A stretch of 64,000 nucleotides of DNA, taken from NCBI GenBank assembly GCA_963750165.1, contig CAVVPN010000011.1, positions 1,696,001 to 1,760,000 of the forward strand, read 5' to 3'. The position numbers and the translations under genes were made by a program. The notes below the pieces were generated by a model. That model ran no database searches and was not told the origin of the DNA. It saw nothing but the letters and a program-made list of their open reading frames with translations. Below are positions 10,355-19,900 of this stretch, piece after piece. This DNA is from an uncultured Gemmataceae bacterium (lineage in GTDB: Bacteria > Planctomycetota > Planctomycetia > Gemmatales > Gemmataceae). Every line of letters begins with the position of its first letter. Within the stretch, counting starts at the first letter, position 1.

Positions 10355-10993
10355 ATGGCGAACTCCTTCACCTGTCCGAAGTGCGACAAATTGTTGAAGC
10401 TCAGTCAGTCCGTGGCGGCCGGCACCAAGGTCAAGTGCCCGCAGTGCGCCACCATCTTCGCCGCCCCGGGGGACGGCGATGAGGACGCTGACGTGGCGCC
10501 GCCGCGGCAGCGCTCTCGCCGCGACGAGGAGTTCTACGAGGACGAGGACGACCGCCCACGGCCGCGGCGCAAGAAGAAGAAGGCGGGCGGCGGTATGCCG
10601 GGCTGGGCGCTCGGCTTGATTATCGGCGGCCCCATCCTGCTGGTGCTGCTCATCGTCGGCGGCATCGTGCTATTCCTCATACTCAGCGGTAATGCGGCAC
10701 GGCAGCAGCTCATCGGCCGCTGGGAGGTGACGAACCACCCGGGGTTGGGGACCCAGGTGTATGAGTTCACCTCTGACGGCCGGATCAAGATCAACACCTC
10801 GGTCAGGCAGCAGGGCATCAACGTCGGCGGCCTGGATATGAGCGGAACCTACCGCTGGGTGGACAACCAGACGATTGAGATCACATTGCTGGGGATCCCG
10901 CTCCCCCACACGGTCAACCGCAGCGGCGACACACTCACCCTGACCCCGCAGGCCCCCGGCAGCCGGGCGACGACCTTACGCCGCCTACGCTGA
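10355..10993 (+). CDS. Zn-ribbon / charged linker / TM / extracytoplasmic domain protein, paralog 2
   Basis: Same architecture; N-terminal half nearly identical to 9622-10329. Confidence 0.8.
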   Translation: MANSFTCPKCDKLLKLSQSVAAGTKVKCPQCATIFAAPGDGDEDADVAPPRQRSRRDEEFYEDEDDRPRPRRKKKKAGGGMPGWALGLIIGGPILLVLLIVGGIVLFLILSGNAARQQLIGRWEVTNHPGLGTQVYEFTSDGRIKINTSVRQQGINVGGLDMSGTYRWVDNQTIEITLLGIPLPHTVNRSGDTLTLTPQAPGSRATTLRRLR

Positions 10994-12619
10994 GGCGGGG
11001 TGTAAAAAGCCGGTGCAGAACGCCCGCAGTTCCGCCTCCGGGTACAGGCAGAAGGAGTAATCGCGCCGCCCGAGCACCTCACGCAATCGTAGTTCCGCTT
11101 GCAGACGCTCCAGACGTGCCTGCGCGACCTCGACTTCCCTGGCCACGAAGGGCCGTAATTGCTCCCCGACCTGTCGCAGCGTGCGAAAGCGCTCGGCCCG
11201 CTCCTGGCGCGTGGCGGCCGTCTGCGCGGCCAGCCCCCGTTGACGTTCCGCCAGCGCCGTTGCCGCCGCGACCGCTCCGACCAGGTGCCGCTGTGGGTTC
11301 CAGTACAGGTCGCGCAACTGGCGCTCCGCCTGGTGCGCGTCCGCCGGCGCCGCCGGCGGCCGCGGCAGCGGCAACAGCAGCGTCGCCGACAGCACCAGGA
11401 AACGCGGCGGCTCGGCGCCGTAAAAGCGCCGGCTGATCTCGTCGGTCAATTCGTCGTACTTGCCGCCGCCGATGCCGTGAATGAACAGGTCGCACAGGAA
11501 CAACCGCGCGAACAGCGTGTTGGTCAGCGCCCGGCTGCGGATTTTCAGACCGTGCTGCTCCAGCTCGCGCAGCGCCGCCACCGTCTGTTGCGGCTCCGCG
11601 GCCGGCAGCGTCGGCCACTCCTCAGTGCCGACGCGCAGCGCAATACGGTCGGCGTGGCGCCGCGCCAGCAGTCGGCCGCGCCGCTCCTGACCGCTGCGCC
11701 ACGCCCAGAACGGCGCCTCCAGCCAGTCGCCCTGGCGTGCCAGGTCCGGCACCGGATGGTTGCGGCTATGGATGTCGTTGGCTCGGCGGTAGTCGTTGAC
11801 GACGGCGTTGTAGGTCGCGTGGAAGTGCGGCAGTTCGCCCAGCAGGTGAGCCGCGAACCAAGCGAACGGCTCCGTCCGGCAGACGGCGCTGACGGGGACT
11901 TCGAGGTTGTGACAGCCCCAGCGCCGCTCCCAGGCCCGCCGCGCCGCCGCCAAACGTTCGCCCAGCAGCGGCGTCCGCCGTGCCTGCCGCCGGGCCTCCT
12001 CCCAGAAGACCGGCAGCAGCGGTTGATAGGGCCAGTCGCGGAAGAACGGGGCGGCGCGCTCCGGCAGGCTGGCGAACAGCTCCTCATCGCGGATGGTGCG
12101 CTCTTCGTAGGGCACCTCGCTGGCCCAGTGGTCGAAGGAGACGGACTGGACATGCGGCACGACCTGGGGCAGATATTCCAGCCTGCCAACTCCTCGGCGG
12201 GGTAGAAAACCTACCCCATGTGCGGGGATTTTCAGCAGGCTGCTCTTGTTGGTGTCGTTATCGACGACGAGGTTGACCGGCACGAGGCCGTGGACACGGG
12301 CCAGGCCCTGCAGCGCGAAGTTCTTGACCCAGACGCCGGGGTGAAACAACTCCGGCTGATGGCCGGCCATCACCACCGCATCGCGGTCCACGTCCGGCAC
12401 CGGTTCGCCAGCCTGGCTAAGGTACGCGGTGGCAGCGTCCAGCACCGCCCGCCGTGCCTGTCGGCGCAACTCCGGCCACGGCCGGCCCAGCAGCGTGCTG
12501 GTGGCGCAGTCCAGCAGCCGGCGGTTGTCCGCCAGGACGGCGCCGACCGTGGCCAGCGGCGGCTCGGCCAGAACAGCGCCGTCCGCGGCGGGCGCTCGCA
12601 GGGGGTGTGCCTGGTTCAC
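10985..12619 (-). CDS. Hypothetical 544 aa protein, BshC-like (putative HUP/Rossmann-fold ligase)
   Basis: GTG start overlaps the GT2 stop (GTGA); motifs AGHQPELFHPG, VDND, LFIHGIGGGKYD, C-terminal coiled coil. Confidence 0.6.
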   Translation of the reverse strand: MNQAHPLRAPAADGAVLAEPPLATVGAVLADNRRLLDCATSTLLGRPWPELRRQARRAVLDAATAYLSQAGEPVPDVDRDAVVMAGHQPELFHPGVWVKNFALQGLARVHGLVPVNLVVDNDTNKSSLLKIPAHGVGFLPRRGVGRLEYLPQVVPHVQSVSFDHWASEVPYEERTIRDEELFASLPERAAPFFRDWPYQPLLPVFWEEARRQARRTPLLGERLAAARRAWERRWGCHNLEVPVSAVCRTEPFAWFAAHLLGELPHFHATYNAVVNDYRRANDIHSRNHPVPDLARQGDWLEAPFWAWRSGQERRGRLLARRHADRIALRVGTEEWPTLPAAEPQQTVAALRELEQHGLKIRSRALTNTLFARLFLCDLFIHGIGGGKYDELTDEISRRFYGAEPPRFLVLSATLLLPLPRPPAAPADAHQAERQLRDLYWNPQRHLVGAVAAATALAERQRGLAAQTAATRQERAERFRTLRQVGEQLRPFVAREVEVAQARLERLQAELRLREVLGRRDYSFCLYPEAELRAFCTGFLHPASA

Positions 12620-13371
12620 CGACAGGTTCCCCGCGGCCAGGCGTCGCAGCAAGCGGTCGGCAGCGTGACGTGTCCGGCCCGGCTCTCCTCTTGCAGGGCA
12701 TCGCAGATGACCTGGCGGTAATGCGCCAGCCGCTGTTCCGCGTTGTCGAACACGCCGCCGAAGGCTCGCGTCGGGTCGAGGTAAACGCGCGGCACCCCCA
12801 CTTCCTTGACGCGCAGCCCCTGCCGCGCCGCCCGCACCCACAGTTGCAACGGCATGCCCCAGCCGGTTTCGGTGATGTGCAGACGGGCCAGCGCCTCGCG
12901 GCGGTACGCCTTGAAGCCGCAGAAGGCGTCCGTCAGGTGCAGGCCGAGCAGGTCGTTGAGTTCCGCGGTGATGGTCTGGTTGATGCGGCGGCGATCCTCC
13001 GGCGGCAGCGTGTCCTGGCGGAAGTCGCGCAGGTAGCGGCTGCCGGAGACGATGTCGGCGTCGTGGATGGCCTCCAGCAGCACGGGGATGCGAGCGGGCT
13101 CGTGCTGGCCGTCGCAGTCCATGGTGACGAGCACGTCCGCGTCGCTGCGCAGGCCGTGAGCGAACGCGGAGATCAGGGCGGCGCCGTAGCCGCGGTTCTG
13201 CCCGTGTGTGATGATGTCCAGGTCGCGCTGCCGGGCCAGCAGTTCGCCGGTGCGGTCGGTGGAGCCGTCGTTGATGACGAGGATGTGCGGGCTGTAGCGG
13301 CGGACCTCGTCGAGGACGTGTTCCAGGTGCCGTTCTTCGTTGAAGACGGGGATCGCGGTTAGCAATTTCAT
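12616..13371 (-). CDS. Glycosyltransferase family 2 (polyprenol-phosphate mannose synthase-like)
   Basis: IPVFNEE, INDGSTD, NRGYGAAL, MDCDGQH, SGSRY, TDAFCGFKAYRR. Confidence 0.92.
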   Translation of the reverse strand: MKLLTAIPVFNEERHLEHVLDEVRRYSPHILVINDGSTDRTGELLARQRDLDIITHGQNRGYGAALISAFAHGLRSDADVLVTMDCDGQHEPARIPVLLEAIHDADIVSGSRYLRDFRQDTLPPEDRRRINQTITAELNDLLGLHLTDAFCGFKAYRREALARLHITETGWGMPLQLWVRAARQGLRVKEVGVPRVYLDPTRAFGGVFDNAEQRLAHYRQVICDALQEESRAGHVTLPTACCDAWPRGTCR

Positions 13372-13457
13372 GTGGCACCCACCTTTCGCGAATGAAGAAA
13401 TTAAGAGGGCGAAATCATTCTAACCAGGGTCAAAGGGATGTCAAACAACCGGAAAAA

Positions 13458-13520
13458 GGTCGGAGCCCGAGCGCCAGCGCGGGGCCAGCGCTGCCCCGCG
13501 CTGGCGCTCGGGCTCCGACC
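13458..13520. repeat. Palindromic repeat family B (GGTCGGAGCCCGAGCGCCAGCGCGGG...)
   Basis: Long perfect inverted repeat; copies at 44190-44250 and 49996-50049. Confidence 0.85.
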
Positions 13521-13676
13521 AGAAGCAAGAACCGCCCAGGGGCTGTCATTCTCGCGCCCGATGCCGGCGCGCCTTGCCAGATCGGCATACCGCCGGCACA
13601 GGAAGCAATACCATCCTCGTTGCCCAAGTCTTACAGGAAAAACAACTAGGAGTTCACGCCCCGTGACGCCAGGGTT

Positions 13677-13692
13677 TGGCACACGACTTGCT
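13677..13692 (+). promoter_or_regulatory. Putative sigma54 promoter of the Hsp20 pair
   Basis: TGGCAC-acgac-TTGCT, ~75 nt upstream of the ATG at 13766. Confidence 0.75.
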
Positions 13693-13765
13693 AATTTCAA
13701 GTTGAGAGGCTCGTAGCAAACGTCCTGCGACCACGATCCACATCATTTCACAAAGGAGAGGGGCC

Positions 13766-14212
13766 ATGAGACAGACGCGCTGGCAACCGCTCAACCCACT
13801 GTGGAACCAGCTGCAGCAGTTCCAGAACGAGATGAACCACCTGTTCGCGCGCTGGAACGACAACGACCGCGGCGTTGCCGCTGGTAGCTACCCGCCGGTC
13901 AACGTGCTGGAGGACGGCGACACCATTTTGGTTGAGGCGGAGGTGCCCGGCCTGGACCTGAAGGACCTGGAGATTTACGTCACGGGCACCAACCAGCTGA
14001 CGCTCAAGGGCGAGCGCAAGCCGTTGGCGCCGGACAAGGGCACGCGGCACCGGCAGGAGCGCGGCTTCGGCACGTTCGTGCGCGTGTTGACGCTGCCGTT
14101 TGCGGTGGACGCCAACAAGGTGGACGCCCGTCTGGAGCAGGGCGTGTTGCAGATCAAGCTGGCCAAGCACGAGTCGGCGCGGCCGCGCAAGATCGTCGTC
14201 AAGGGCGAGTGA
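13766..14212 (+). CDS. Hsp20/alpha-crystallin small heat-shock protein
   Basis: YPPVNV, AEVPG, LKGER, RQERGFGTFVR, ARLEQGVLQIKLAK. Confidence 0.93.
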   Translation: MRQTRWQPLNPLWNQLQQFQNEMNHLFARWNDNDRGVAAGSYPPVNVLEDGDTILVEAEVPGLDLKDLEIYVTGTNQLTLKGERKPLAPDKGTRHRQERGFGTFVRVLTLPFAVDANKVDARLEQGVLQIKLAKHESARPRKIVVKGE

Positions 14213-14247
14213 GCGAACCCCCAGAACCCCAACCGAGGAGCAAAACC

Positions 14248-14640
14248 ATGGCCGAACAAAATGCCCTGAAGCAGCGAACGAACGCGGGCCAGGCGGAGGC
14301 GACGCGCGGCGGCCAGTATTTCACGCCGAGCGTGGACATCTACGAGACGGACGGCGAACTGACGCTGTGCGCGGACGTGCCGGGCGTCAAGCCGGCGGAC
14401 GTGGACCTGCGTTACGAGCGCGGCGAACTGATCCTGCATGCGAAGGTGACACCGCGACCGCAGCAGGGCCAGTACGTCCACTACGAATACGAGGAGGGCG
14501 ACTTCTACCGCGTCTTCCAGATTCACGAATCGATTGACGCCTCGCGCATCGAGGCGGAGTGCAAGCAAGGCGTGCTGACGGTGCATCTGCCCAAGGCCGA
14601 GTCCGCCAAGCCGCGCCAGGTGCAGGTGCGCGGCGAGTAG
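14248..14640 (+). CDS. Hsp20/alpha-crystallin small heat-shock protein
   Basis: PSVDIYET, ADVPGV, IEAECKQGVLTVHLPKAE; SD gaggag. Confidence 0.93.
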   Translation: MAEQNALKQRTNAGQAEATRGGQYFTPSVDIYETDGELTLCADVPGVKPADVDLRYERGELILHAKVTPRPQQGQYVHYEYEEGDFYRVFQIHESIDASRIEAECKQGVLTVHLPKAESAKPRQVQVRGE

Positions 14641-14712
14641 TGTCTTTTCCGCCACTGCTGCAGACGCTTCACCAGGCGGTGCAGGGGCGGGATCCTGGTT
14701 CGTAGTACCGCC

Positions 14713-14990
14713 GGCAGTCGGGACAAGGGCCGACGGGCTCGCTCTGGGTCAGGGTGCCGTCGCGGCAGGCCAGGGTGCGCTCGGTCAGGCCGGCCGCGTC
14801 AGCCTGACCGAGTTGCTCCAGGGCGTTGAGATCGACCTCGGTCAGCGGGCCGTCACCGCAGGCGCGGTGGGCCACGATCTTGCCCCAGCTCTTGGCCGAC
14901 TCACGGATTTCGCGGAGGTCTTCAGGGGAAAATGCGCGGTGCGTCGTGGCGGCTCCTGCCTGGGGGTTACGTAAATCCAGCGGACGCATC
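14713..14990 (-). mobile_element. ISKra4-like transposase N-terminal remnant, internally deleted
   Basis: Translation ..IRESAKSWGKIVAHRA..EVDLNALEQ..AAGLTERTL..EPVGPCPDCRR resembles, from memory, the N-terminal ORF of planctomycete ISKra4-type elements; possible end GGATGCGTCC at 14990. Confidence 0.55.
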
Positions 14991-15119
14991 CTCCCTGGCG
15001 TTGTATCGCAAGCCCCTTTGCCGGGCAAAGCTGTTCATGACCTCAAGCTCTGAACCAGAGGCCAAAAGCCCTTGACAACCGAGCCGGACAGAATATAGTG
15101 GAAAAGAGTAGGAGTACCT

Positions 15120-15320
15120 TACCAACTTCGGAATCGTGACCGTGAGATTAATTCCCCTCTGGAACACGGCTACGTGTTGGTGTAGGTAGTCTTTGTTCAC
15201 CTCACATACCAGTCGGAAAAACTTCCGGAGGGCGGCCAACAACTTTTCCAGGGAGGGCATTGTCGTGGACTTTTCTGCCCCTGACGCAGTCGTCGTCCCG
15301 AGCGTATCTCGTAGGCCCGG
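15120..15320 (-). mobile_element. IS1595-family transposase C-terminal remnant, frameshifted
   Basis: YARDDDCVRGRKVHDNAL / LEKLLAALRKFFRLVCEVNKDYLHQHVAVF resembles the IS1595 C-terminus (ARDDDGDG.REVH.NT.EG.W..LRNFLR.FRGV.K.YL.QYVA.F). Confidence 0.6.
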
Positions 15321-15810
15321 GAATGGTAGCCTCGTCTTCCCCGCAACCCTTCCCAGGCGCCCTGGCACCCCCCGACCACTCATCCGCCCGCACTGCCCCC
15401 AGCAGTAGTCGAACAACCGCTACCGTTAACGAACCTGGACTTCGACTCGGTCTTCCTCCCCGCTCCGCGAACACTGGATCTCGCCGGGGTGGAAGAAATC
15501 GTGGAGGAAACGAGATTACCGCCGCACGAAAGAAGGTCATACAGGGCCGAAGTACCAGTAGCCGAATCTCGTCTTTGGCTCGTCGTGCTTATGAGGATCT
15601 TTCCTGCCGGGGTAATAACAGGCAACTGGATCCATCAGATTCACGAACGGGAAGTCCTTCTCCCCTCCTCTCGATCCGTCTCTTCCGGTCCAGCGGCGGC
15701 AGGCACGGCCCGAAGTTTACCCCCTCTGTCTGGTCGGTGGAAAACCCCAACCCCGATCGCCGCGTAAGCCGGTGTACAATCCAATAAGGTAACTAACGAG
15801 CGAAACGGCT

Positions 15811-16905
15811 ATGAAAATCTCACAGATCCTGGCCATCATCCTGGCGCTGAGTTGCCTCTCCCTCCCTGCTTGCCAGACACGCGAGGAGCAGTCCGAATCG
15901 GGGAACCAGAAGATCGTGGTCACCAGTCCTCTGGAAAAGGACGTCATCCTCACCCAGCCGTACGTCTGCCAGATCCACTCGCAGAACCACATCAAGGTCA
16001 AAGCGTTGATGGGCGGGTATCTCGAGGAGATCCTGGTCAAGGAGGGCCAGGGGGTGCGAAAAGGCTCTTTGATGTTCAAGATCCTGCCGATCCTTTACAA
16101 GGCAAATATGGACGCCGAGATGGCCGAGGCCAAGATCGCGGAGCTGGAACTCAAGTTCACCGAGAAGTTGGCGAAGCTAAACACAGTCTCTGAGAATGAA
16201 GTGGCACTGTACAGGGCCAAACTGACAAGGGCCGAGGCCAGGGCGGAGAAGGCGAAGGCCGAATGGAAATTTACCAAGATCGAGGCACCGTTCGACGGCA
16301 TCGTCGATCGTCTGCACGAGCAACTCGGCAGCCTGATCAAGGAAGGGGATGTCCTCACGACCCTGTCCGACAACAGCGGGATGTGGGTTTATTTCAACGT
16401 GCCCGAGGCCCACTACATCAAGTACCAGAAAGAGCAGGGTCAGCTTAAGGAAGACCCGCGCATCGAACTGCGGCTGGCGGGCGGCAGCAAGTTCTCGTAC
16501 AGCGGCAAGTTCTATACGATCGAGGCCGTCTTTAACAACGAGACCGGGACCGTCCCCTTCCGCGCGGATTTCCCGAACCCGAACCGCGTGCTGCGGCACG
16601 GCATGACCGGCAACGTGTTGATCCACCGCACGTTGAGCAACGCCATCCTCATCCCGCAGCGGGCGACGTTCGAGATTCTCGACAGGCGCTACGTTTTCGT
16701 CGTCAATCGAGAGGGCAAGGTACATCAGCGCGAGATCGTCATCCAGAACGAATTGCAAGACATCTATGTCATCAAGAGCGGACTGAGCCTGGGGGATCGG
16801 TTCATTTTCGAGGGAGTTCGACAGGTCCGCGACGGTGATAAGATCGAGTACGAGTTCCGTCCCCCGGAACAGGTGCTTGCCCACCAGAACTTTCACGCGG
16901 AATAG
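15811..16905 (+). CDS. RND efflux periplasmic adaptor (MFP) lipoprotein
   Basis: Lipobox LPAC, VKEGQGVRKG, IEAPFDG, NNETGTVPFRADFPNP, AILIPQRA. Confidence 0.93.
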   Translation: MKISQILAIILALSCLSLPACQTREEQSESGNQKIVVTSPLEKDVILTQPYVCQIHSQNHIKVKALMGGYLEEILVKEGQGVRKGSLMFKILPILYKANMDAEMAEAKIAELELKFTEKLAKLNTVSENEVALYRAKLTRAEARAEKAKAEWKFTKIEAPFDGIVDRLHEQLGSLIKEGDVLTTLSDNSGMWVYFNVPEAHYIKYQKEQGQLKEDPRIELRLAGGSKFSYSGKFYTIEAVFNNETGTVPFRADFPNPNRVLRHGMTGNVLIHRTLSNAILIPQRATFEILDRRYVFVVNREGKVHQREIVIQNELQDIYVIKSGLSLGDRFIFEGVRQVRDGDKIEYEFRPPEQVLAHQNFHAE

Positions 16906-16956
16906 CAACCACGTTTTCACGCCCCGGCACGGAAGTCGATAAGAGAACCTCAGAAC

Positions 16957-19900
16957 ATGTTCACCAAAATTCTCTACCGGCCGGCGCTGGCGATCGTGAT
17001 CTCCATCATCCTCTTGTTCCTGGGGACGCTGGGGATCAAGACCCTACCGACAGCTCAGTTCCCCGACATCGCGCCGCCGACCGTTCGCGTCGGGATTTCC
17101 TATCCCGGTGCCAGTGCCAATGTCCTGGTCAATTCGGTCCTGGTGCCGATGGAGCGAGCCATCAACGGCGTCCAGAACATGCGTTACATGGCCTCCTCCG
17201 CCACCAGTGCCGGTGAGGCAGCGATCACCATCTACTTCGAGCCGGGCACGGACCCCAACATCAACGCCGTGAACGTGCTCAACCGGGTCAACATCGTGCG
17301 GAGCCAGCTCCCCGAGTTGGTGCAGCGCGAGGGGATCATCGTCCTGCCGGTCGTGCCAAGCATGCTGATGTATGTGAATATTTACAGCACGGATACCAGC
17401 GTCGATCAGAAATTCCTTTACAACTTCGCCAACACAAACGTCATGCCCGAGATCCAGCGGATCCAGGGGATGGGTATCCCCTGGAATCTCGGCAACCGCG
17501 CCTATGCGATGCGGATCTGGCTGAATATCGACCGCTTGCGCGCCTACAAGCTGTCCAGTGAGGACGTCATGAAGGCCCTGGCGGAGACGAGCGTGATTGG
17601 CTCGCCCGGGCGACTCGGCCAGGCCACGGGCCACAGGTCGCAATCCCGCGAGTACGTCCTGACCTGGATCGGGCGCTATAACAAAGTGGAGCAGTATGAA
17701 AACATCGTTTTGAAGGCCAGTCCCAAGGGGGAGATCCTGCGGCTCAAGGACGTGTGTGGCACCTGGGATGAAAACGGCGTCCGGAAGACTCCCGGCATCG
17801 AGTTGGGCTCGTCGATGTTCGACATTTACTCGGACATCAATGGTTACCCTGCGTGTTCCATCATTCTCAAACAAACTCCCGGCTCCAACGCCTCCGCCGT
17901 TATTGAGGAAATCAAGACGCACCTCAAGGAGATCAAGAAGGAATCGTTTCCTCCCGGCATGGACTACGAATTCGCCTACGACGTTTCCAGCTTTCTGGAC
18001 GCCTCCATCGAAAAGGTGCTGCATACCCTGCTGGAGGCGTTCATTTTGGTGTCGCTGGTGGTCTACCTGTTCCTCGGGGATTTTCGTTCCACGCTGATCC
18101 CGACCCTGGCGGTGCCGGTGTCGCTGATCGGCACCTTTTTCTTCCTCAAGTTGTTCGGTCTCTCCATCAACCTGATCACGCTCTTCGCGATGGTGCTGGC
18201 GATCGGGGTCGTGGTGGACGATGCGATCGTGGTGGTGGAGGCGGTGCATGCCAAGATGGCCGAGAAGCATCTCGGCCCCTATCAGGCGACCATGGAGGTG
18301 CTGCACGAGATCTCCGGCGCGATCATCGCCATCACGTTGGTGATGACCTCCGTCTTCATTCCGGTGACCTTCGTGCCCGGACCGGCCGGCGTCTTTTACC
18401 GCCAGTTCGGCATCACCATGGCCACGTCCATCATCCTCTCCGGTCTGGTGGCCCTGACGCTGACGCCCGTACTCTGTGCGATGATTCTCAAACCCCACAC
18501 CCACGCCAACACCCACACCAGCAACCACAACCACACGAGTCCCGTGAAAAAGAAGCGCGGACTCCTGGTCATGCTGCTGTTTTTTATTGGTGGGATGCTG
18601 CTCTTGGCAGGCATCACTTATGTGGCGTACCACCTGTGGGGATTAGCCGGCCTGCCGATCGCCCTGGTGCCCTTTCTGCAGCGCCCCTTTGACCGCGTTG
18701 TGACCTTCGTCACGAGCGTTTATGGTGGGATCCTGCGAGGGATCGTCACCCGCCGCGTGCTGACCATGGCCGTCGTCGGGGGCTTTGCCGCCGGCATTGG
18801 GGTCGTCAGCACGCAGATCTCGGCTGGTTTTATCCCGGGCGAGGACCAGGGCATCATCTACGCGGTCCTCCAGACGCCGCCGGGCTCCACCCTCGAGTAC
18901 ACCAACGGCAAGGCCCAGGAACTCGAGAAGGTTGCCGAAGAACTCGAAGACGTCACCTCCGTCACTTCGATCGCCGGTTACGAGATCCTGACGGAAGGCC
19001 GCGGCTCGAACGCGGGAACCTGTGTCATCAACCTGAAAGAATGGTCCAAGCGCGATCGCACCGCGCGGCAGATCATCGAACAACTCGAAGAAAAATGCCG
19101 CCGGTTGTCCAACGTGAAGCTCGAGTTCTTCGAACCCCCCGCGGTCCCCGGCTTCGGCGCTGCCGGGGGTTTCTCCATCAACGTCCTCGACAAGACCAAC
19201 TCGGCCACGCCTGACTACAAGAAGCTCGGCGAGGTGACCGACACGTTCATGAAAGCCTTGAAGAAACGCAAGGAAGTGAAGAACCTGTTCACCTTCTATA
19301 CCGCCGGCTACCCGCAGTACGAGCTGAACATCGACATCGCCCGGGCCATGCAGAAGGGCGTGTCGGTCAAGAAGGCCCTGGACAACCTGAACATCTACGT
19401 CGGCAGCACCTGGGAGCAAGGCTTCATTCTCTTCAACCAGTTCTACAAGGTTTACGTCCAGGCCGCGCCGGAGTTCCGGCGTTTCCCCAAGGATCTGGAC
19501 AACATTTTCGTCAAAAGCGACAGCGGGCAAATGGTTCCCTACTCCTCGTTCATGACGATCAAGGAAAAGCAGGGATTGAACGAAATCAATCGCTATAACA
19601 TGTATCCCACCGCCCCCATTCAAGGTGCACCAGCTCCCGGCTACAGCACCGGTCAAGCCATCCAGGCGGTCAGGGAGGTTGCCGTTCAGACGCTGCCACA
19701 CGGTTACGCCATCGGCTGGTCAGGTCTCTCGTACGACGAGGAAAAAAAGGGGAACGAGGCGGTTTTTATCTTCCTCATCGTCGTCGCCTTCGTCTATCTG
19801 GTCCTGGTCGCGCAGTACGAGAGTTTTCTGTTGCCGCTGGCCGTCATCCTGTCCCTGCCGATCGGGATCTTCGGTTCCTTTTTCCTCCTGCAGGCCCTGG

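Noticed and set aside
12620..13378. 797 aa ORF 10985-13378 as one gene
   Set aside because: Its first ~250 codons are an alternative frame of the GT2 gene; the real start is most likely GTG at 12619
15380..15790. Small ORF or ncRNA upstream of the RND operon
   Set aside because: No clear start, motif or structure; cannot be supported
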